From contig CAZZBW010000001.1 of the NCBI GenBank assembly GCA_964653045.1, positions 617-64,616 on the forward strand: 64,000 bases of DNA, given 5' to 3'. The stretch is from an uncultured Pseudomonadales bacterium. GTDB taxonomy: Bacteria; Patescibacteriota; Microgenomatia; UBA1400; PJMF01. A model generated the notes under the pieces. It searched no databases, had not been told where the DNA came from, and was given only the letters and a program-made list of their open reading frames with translations. Of the stretch, positions 61,501 to 64,000 are shown piece by piece; the stretch's first letter is position 1, and each line of letters begins with the position of its first letter. The position numbers and the translations under genes were made by a program.

Positions 61501-62279
61501 ATCAATTGCCAAATACTCCAACCAACACTTCACCAACTAATGGCGGTACAGAGCAAAGCCAAAATCCGACTTTGCAATCATCGGCTTTTTCCGATTCCGA
61601 CGTTGGGGACACGCACTCCAACTCCCAGTGGCAGGTATCTACCGCCACTGGAGCTGGATTCGATGCAGCCATTGTCTGGGATTCGGGGGTCACCGCCACC
61701 AACAAGACCTCTGTGGTAGTCAACAGTACCAACGGTACTTTCCAGGGTAGTTTAAGTGGGCAAACACAACTAGCCTTAAACAGCACTTACTATTGGCGGG
61801 TTAGACACCAGGATGATAAAACCGAGTGGTCCAGCTACTCAACTATTACCAGTTTCACCACCATTGTGTCTAACCCGCCTACAGCTCCCACTATTCCTTG
61901 GTGTGAGGGCCAAACCAATCCAACTAATGTAACTAGCGCCACTCCGAGCTTTTCTGCCATACACAACGATCCTGACGGTGATGCAGCAAATTTTTATCAA
62001 ATTGAGGTAAATACTAACTCAAGCTTCAGTGGGACAGTGATGTGGAATTCTACCAAAACTTCTATGAGCAATCTCGCTTCTGGCGTGCGCTCTGCCGATT
62101 TTGTTTATGCTGGTTCTGGTTTGCAGTTAAGTACCACTTACTATTGGCGCATCCGATTTTGGGATGTGAACGGCTATGAAGGTGCAGTCTCCGCCACCCA
62201 ACAATTCACAACGGCGAGCTTCGTCAGCGGCAACTTCTTTTTTGAGGGTTTGCAAATGGAAGGTTTAAATATCAACTAG
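55530..62279 (+). CDS. Large (2249 aa) secreted adhesin-like protein: signal peptide, beta-helix-like T/G-rich region, then 9 alternating FN3-like modules
   Basis: N-terminal signal/TM (ITWLAVSLVIASIALG). Two module types alternate. A: PSAPTDLLAEGATNPTG.IDLTPE...YYWRIK.WD. B: PNTPTNTSPTNG..QSLTPTLQSSAFSD.D.GDTH.ASQWQVST...YYWRVRHQD. The W/YYW pattern is typical of fibronectin-III-like folds. Confidence 0.8.
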   Translation: MKKSHLPTSLINRVITWLAVSLVIASIALGQVTNSVVWAASESQTKSASVVSTNPVNDEAAPQEISVEPVEVEVKAQPSAWQRLLKSTGIRANYQGIKAEIRNSEGEKVEDVVSDDSNSADQFLFHLDPAKLELAPGEYQLVVEYAGEVIYQDFTYGVLAVNATKDVYTLGEAASLELAALDSHGTTLCNANLLLTITTPDGGQTNPEVVKSGECDGNNVTDVPDYSAEYVPELEGEYRLKLQNLDQNFVIESSFQVVADPELSIERLGPSRIYPMANYLMNINVYSKNGFSGTVSESVPSSFAIESDGASKSQQGELTIISWPVEIAPGETAELAYLFDAPDVSPQFYSLGSIQLLDNKNPIYTESRQWQVASDDTSTKAIGSESGTNWSASGGCTFGTNCVTTSNNQYATFNGTGRNTLYLKNIGFSIPAGSTIDGIVIGFEGYGSGTTAARRTIRLNVTKNGTNATDATWNTQAFTTRDASYTTGTSTDLWGTTWTVSEINSTNFGVMISDNDTTARALYIDHVQITVYYTPPVTINVSGSTNVASGTVKWAKNGVAQAETATIGSGTWSLTATGLAQNDIVTTWIDAAAETDESTAITKYDGTGDITGMVLNANVLSVGSVDNPSLVLSNFAYTNTNNENVMHSYGSSTLTVDGGNSYSTEKLDVLSGATLTVGISEIVNTHHLSINGTLTSGGSSTYNVYGNWENNATFTASTSTVDFKLASGTQTLKSGGTGAGKLFNNLTHSGAGTLQLNTNAIDVDGNFAQTAGTFDANSFSQNFAGDFSLSSGTVFTKGGTTTFDGSVAKAITDNTTGQQDLGAVVIDGTSKSISSSTNIKLTTLSIGADDTLDISSDTLAILGSGTPFTKTGAFTTTGSTVVYAGTTATNVTTTAYNNLTFTPASGTPTYTLQASLTAGNAIAGNLTISSGATLSTSASNFNLEVKGNWANAGSFTSGTNTVTFSATATGKTIVTGGTGTGQDFNHVVFNSSSGGWTIQTNDMKVAGNLTITDVNDWTLQTGRILEVNGQYTITGNETAATTWTGSTLYLNNGTSTSYTINSIKTASAETYGTLQIGANTDVRMWNSTATTFTVDATGSLYSQNHANTAGSLYIWGDYNVVGTDYWSYATDFDSVALGGSSRQANVRIDPAGGVTVGSGKTLNAIGTSSFRTTVDRQGASNGYGLTIAGGTINFNYVNFDRLDGNKGLDIQTGSTVTSLDYTKYDNLVGTAGTDDAFITLSTSIVGTGTKILTGLQFDNTGTGAEFNVNLSGTAVTGYWDFESSSGTFDGESYDGASGMAEADPGTLRWDDSAQPPLAPTDLLAEGATNPTGVIDLTPEMSAIYRDNNVGDTANKYQIQVDDNSDFTSVFWDSGASGTSMTNCTVNNRCQDISYTGSVLTRGITYYWRIKYWDIAGLEGDFSSESATFKLNQLPNTPTNTAPTDGLGNQSLTPTLQSSAFSDSDVGDTHSASQWQVSTASGAGFDAGIVWDSGTDTTNKTSRVVGTTLSTGTTYYWRVRHQDDKTEWSSYSTITSFTTYYPPSAPTDLLAEGATNPTGIIDLTPELSAIYRDSDAGDTANKYQIQVDDNSDFTSVFWDSGASGTSMTNCTVNNRCQDISYSGSALTRGTTYYWRIKFWDVGGAEGAFSSVTATFKINQIPNTPTNTSPTNGAGNQSLTPTLQSSAFSDSDVGDTHAASQWQVSTATGAGFDAGIVWDSGTDTTNKTSRVVGTTLSTGTIYYWRVRHQDNRTEWSSYSTITSFTTSYPPNTPTNTSPTNGAINQSLTPTLQSSAFSDPDAGATHAASQWQVSTASGAGFDAAIVWDSGTDTTNKTSRVVGTTLNPGVTYYWRVRHRDDRSVWSSYSVITSFTTYYAPSAPTDLLAEGATNPNGLIDLTPELSAIYRDSDAGDTANKYRIQVDDNSDFSSVFWDTGVSGTSMTNCTVNTRCQDISYSGSALTRGTVYYWRIKFWDVGGAEGVFSSESATFKLNQLPNTPTNTSPTNGGTEQSQNPTLQSSAFSDSDVGDTHSNSQWQVSTATGAGFDAAIVWDSGVTATNKTSVVVNSTNGTFQGSLSGQTQLALNSTYYWRVRHQDDKTEWSSYSTITSFTTIVSNPPTAPTIPWCEGQTNPTNVTSATPSFSAIHNDPDGDAANFYQIEVNTNSSFSGTVMWNSTKTSMSNLASGVRSADFVYAGSGLQLSTTYYWRIRFWDVNGYEGAVSATQQFTTASFVSGNFFFEGLQMEGLNIN

Positions 62280-62342
62280 GGTGGGTGAGTCTGTGTGACA
62301 GACGTATTGACTTAGTACATAGTACACAGTATACTATATACT

Positions 62343-63332
62343 ATGAAAACAACTACTAGATCTGATATTCTGACTTTCATCAAAAAACGAGGTCAAGTTT
62401 CTCCCCATCAGTTGAAACAACACTTAGGCCTAGGTGGTCCAGCTATTCACCGGCAACTAAGAAAATTGGAGGCTGAGCTCTCAATTGTTAAGATTGGCAA
62501 AGCACCGAAAGTAGTATATGTGGCGCGTGAGGGTAGTCGAGTTATGCCAGCCATATCCACTTTGCCACCTGAGTTGGCAGAGGTGATCGAGGCGAGATAC
62601 ACTTTCGTTAATCCCGATGGAGTGATGCTAGAGGGAGTGGAGGGATTTGTCCATTGGGTGCAGAAAACTGGTCAATCTGCGAATCTAACAGCCTTGGCAC
62701 AAGAGTTTGTTAAAGTTCGCCAAGAAGCTGACAGTTGGTACCAAGGTAAATCTTGGATTGATGCGACTACTAAACTTAGTCAGACATTCCCTAATACTTT
62801 GATTGATCAAGTGGCCTACGCCGATTTTTATGCATTGCCCAAGTTTGGTAAAACCAAGTTGGGTGCCTATACGCTTCACGCCAAGGTTTCCCAGAATCAG
62901 TCATTAATGGTGAAAATCGCAACTCAAGTTAGTCCGATCATTCAGGAACTGATTGCTGGTTGGAAAATTCAAGCGGTGGCCTACATTCCGCACTCTATTC
63001 CCAGAATATTGCCACTTTTACCGGTTATCAAGCAAGAGCTGGCGCTCGCCTTGCCTTTGATTAAAGTAGAAAAATTATACGCAGGAGATATTAGAGTGGC
63101 ACAAAAAAGTTTGTCTAAGTTGAGTGATCGAGTGGAGAATGCCAGGCGCACAATGTTTGTCACGAGTGAGATACCTTGGAAGCGAGTGTTACTAATTGAT
63201 GACGCGGTGGGATCGGGAGCAACGCTTAATGAAGTGGCGGTCAAACTTAAGAGCGAAAAACAAGTTGAGTTTGTCGGTGGATTTGCGATAGTGGGGAGTT
63301 ACAAAGGATTCGAAGTGATTAATGAAGTGTAA
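62343..63332 (+). CDS. Winged-HTH plus phosphoribosyltransferase(PRTase)-type domain protein (PurR/ComF-like fold)
   Basis: N-terminal DeoR-like wHTH (DILTFIKKRGQVSPHQLKQHLGLGGPAIHRQLRKLE). C-terminal PRPP-binding-like motif VLLIDDAVGSGATLNEVAV. Confidence 0.6.
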   Translation: MKTTTRSDILTFIKKRGQVSPHQLKQHLGLGGPAIHRQLRKLEAELSIVKIGKAPKVVYVAREGSRVMPAISTLPPELAEVIEARYTFVNPDGVMLEGVEGFVHWVQKTGQSANLTALAQEFVKVRQEADSWYQGKSWIDATTKLSQTFPNTLIDQVAYADFYALPKFGKTKLGAYTLHAKVSQNQSLMVKIATQVSPIIQELIAGWKIQAVAYIPHSIPRILPLLPVIKQELALALPLIKVEKLYAGDIRVAQKSLSKLSDRVENARRTMFVTSEIPWKRVLLIDDAVGSGATLNEVAVKLKSEKQVEFVGGFAIVGSYKGFEVINEV

Positions 63333-63333
63333 G

Positions 63334-63351
63334 GTGCCCTCACCAGGACTC
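63334..63351. repeat. 18-nt direct repeat of the 3' end of tRNA-Arg(CCT), from T loop to acceptor end plus 2 nt of trailer (gtgccctcaccaggactc); second copy is within the tRNA at 63396-63413
   Basis: Exact 18/18 match. The copy lies 44 nt beyond the tRNA 3' end and immediately after the stop codon of the 62343-63332 gene. The intervening segment contains the hairpin CCCGC-TTA-GCGGG. Confidence 0.8.
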
Positions 63352-63396
63352 CCCGCTTAGCGGGGTAAACTTCTCGTCTTGGGTTCGTGCACTTTG

Positions 63397-63468
63397 TGCC
63401 CTCACCAGGACTCGAACCTGGATCGGAGGTTTAGGAAACCTCTGTTCTATCCCTTGAACTATGAGAGC
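63397..63468 (-). tRNA. tRNA-Arg (anticodon CCT)
   Basis: Manual fold. Acceptor GCTCTCA/TGAGGGC (one G-U pair), D stem GTTC/GAAC, anticodon stem GAGGT/ACCTC with loop TTCCTAA, T arm CCAGG-TTCGAGT-CCTGG, discriminator A. Confidence 0.85.
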
Positions 63469-63474
63469 GAGGGA

Positions 63475-63496
63475 GCTCTGTCGGGGTGGCTGGACT
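63475..63496. repeat. 22-nt direct repeat of the 3' end of tRNA-Pro(CGG) (gctctgtcggggtggctggact); second copy is within the tRNA at 63558-63579
   Basis: Exact 22/22 match including 6 nt of 3' trailer. The copy lies 6 nt upstream of the 5' end of tRNA-Arg(CCT). The intervening 62 nt contain the hairpin TCCCGAT-[gaagcttaagcgaa]-ATCGGGA. Confidence 0.8.
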
Positions 63497-63563
63497 TCCC
63501 GATTTCGCTTAAGCTTCATCGGGATAAACTTCTCGCCAGCCAACTCGACTTCACTTCGCTCTG

Positions 63564-63637
63564 TCGGGGTGGCTGGACTCGAACCAGTGACCTCGTCGTC
63601 CCGAACGACGCACTCTAGCCATCTGAGCTACACCCCG
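63564..63637 (-). tRNA. tRNA-Pro (anticodon CGG)
   Basis: Manual fold. Acceptor CGGGGTG/CACCCCG with the C1-G72 pair typical of bacterial tRNA-Pro. D stem GCTC/GAGT, anticodon stem CGTCG/CGACG with loop TTCGGGA, T loop TTCGAGT (one A-C mismatch in the T stem), discriminator A. Confidence 0.8.
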
Positions 63638-63664
63638 TTTGTATTTCGTTAATGTTAATTTCGT

Positions 63665-63772
63665 TTAAACCAGTGACCTCCCCGCCGAAGCTTTAAGCGT
63701 AGGCGGAGCACTCTAGCCACCTACCTACATTGCTACGCAATTTTGGCGGGTAAATCTGAGCTACACCCCGTT
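63665..63772 (-). pseudogene. Degenerate tRNA-Pro-like copy: acceptor 5' strand and D arm with a 35-nt D-loop insertion, anticodon arm replaced by a GC hairpin, 3' acceptor strand missing
   Basis: Reverse complement reads CGGGGTG-TA-GCTC-AGA[35 nt]TGGCTA-GAGT-GC[TCCGCC..GGCGGG hairpin]GAGGTCACTGGTT. It shares the 5' half and variable/T-stem with tRNA-Pro at 63564-63637. It cannot fold into a cloverleaf. Confidence 0.45.
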
Positions 63773-64000
63773 TACCCGTCTAAGTTTTATGAAGCGTTAA
63801 CGTCAATAATTCTTGGCGAGTCAGTGCTATTCTAACTCAATTGCGTACAAATTGAGTGGCACATCTGGGCTGAAGCCGGTCAGGACCAGCAAGCGACTGC
63901 CAGTTGGCCAAGGATAAACAAATTGTTCAAAAAATGGTCCCGAGTAAATCGTGTTGGTATTACTGCTGTCATACTCAATGACTTTAATCTGGTTTTCACT

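Noticed and set aside
63352-63558. An integrated mobile element bounded by the tRNA 3'-end direct repeats
   Set aside because: The segments between the repeat copies are only 44 and 62 nt. They contain no integrase or cargo, so no intact element is present. They are treated as scars or miniature elements instead.
63340-63652. Small ORFs 63340-63543(-), 63379-63618(+), 63461-63652(+)
   Set aside because: They overlap two well-folding tRNA genes and their repeat/hairpin trailers. Their translations are arbitrary.
63840-64000. Possible 3' end of a minus-strand gene at the window edge
   Set aside because: It is too short and truncated by the window to support. It is not in the ORF track and carries no recognisable motif.

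Overview
This 64 kb window appears to come from a small-genome bacterium, probably a Candidate Phyla Radiation (Patescibacteria)-type episymbiont. That placement is an inference from gene content: type IV pilins, a ComEC split into two ORFs, and giant surface proteins. About 45% of the window (7060-36256, minus strand) is two adjacent, translationally coupled giant ORFs of 5860 aa and 3870 aa. The 5860-aa protein has an N-terminal integrase-type (XerC/XerD) core-binding domain, one transmembrane helix, and a very long array of tail-fibre-like repeats containing near-perfect DNA repeats. The 3870-aa protein carries CBM4/9-like modules and at least 7 LamG lectin domains. Upstream, convergent to the giants, are three type IV pilin genes, divergent from a Wzy_C/O-antigen-ligase-like TPR membrane protein that may be a pilin O-glycosyltransferase. 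Next is a minus-strand 6-gene operon (37791-44471) that looks like a monoderm cell-surface-complex cluster. It has two membrane-anchored proteins with DUF916/DUF3324-like architecture and two secreted paralogs sharing a C-terminal domain that looks WxL-like or spore-coat-U-like. A plus-strand housekeeping block follows: leuS, comEA, split comEC, argS, M16 peptidase, ndk and a VapBC toxin-antitoxin pair. Then come tRNA-Arg(CCG), a 2249-aa secreted protein with alternating FN3-like modules, a wHTH-phosphoribosyltransferase fusion protein, and a tRNA cluster (Arg-CCT, Pro-CGG, one degenerate Pro-like copy). That tRNA cluster is interleaved with direct repeats of tRNA 3' ends and a recurring GC-stem hairpin, resembling integration-site scars. 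The window starts with partial rho, a LysM/M23 peptidase and obg. I found no CRISPR array and no rRNA. Overall the window reads as a surface, attachment and DNA-uptake island. Its most unusual parts are the coupled giant gene pair, the csc-like surface cluster, and the tRNA mosaic.
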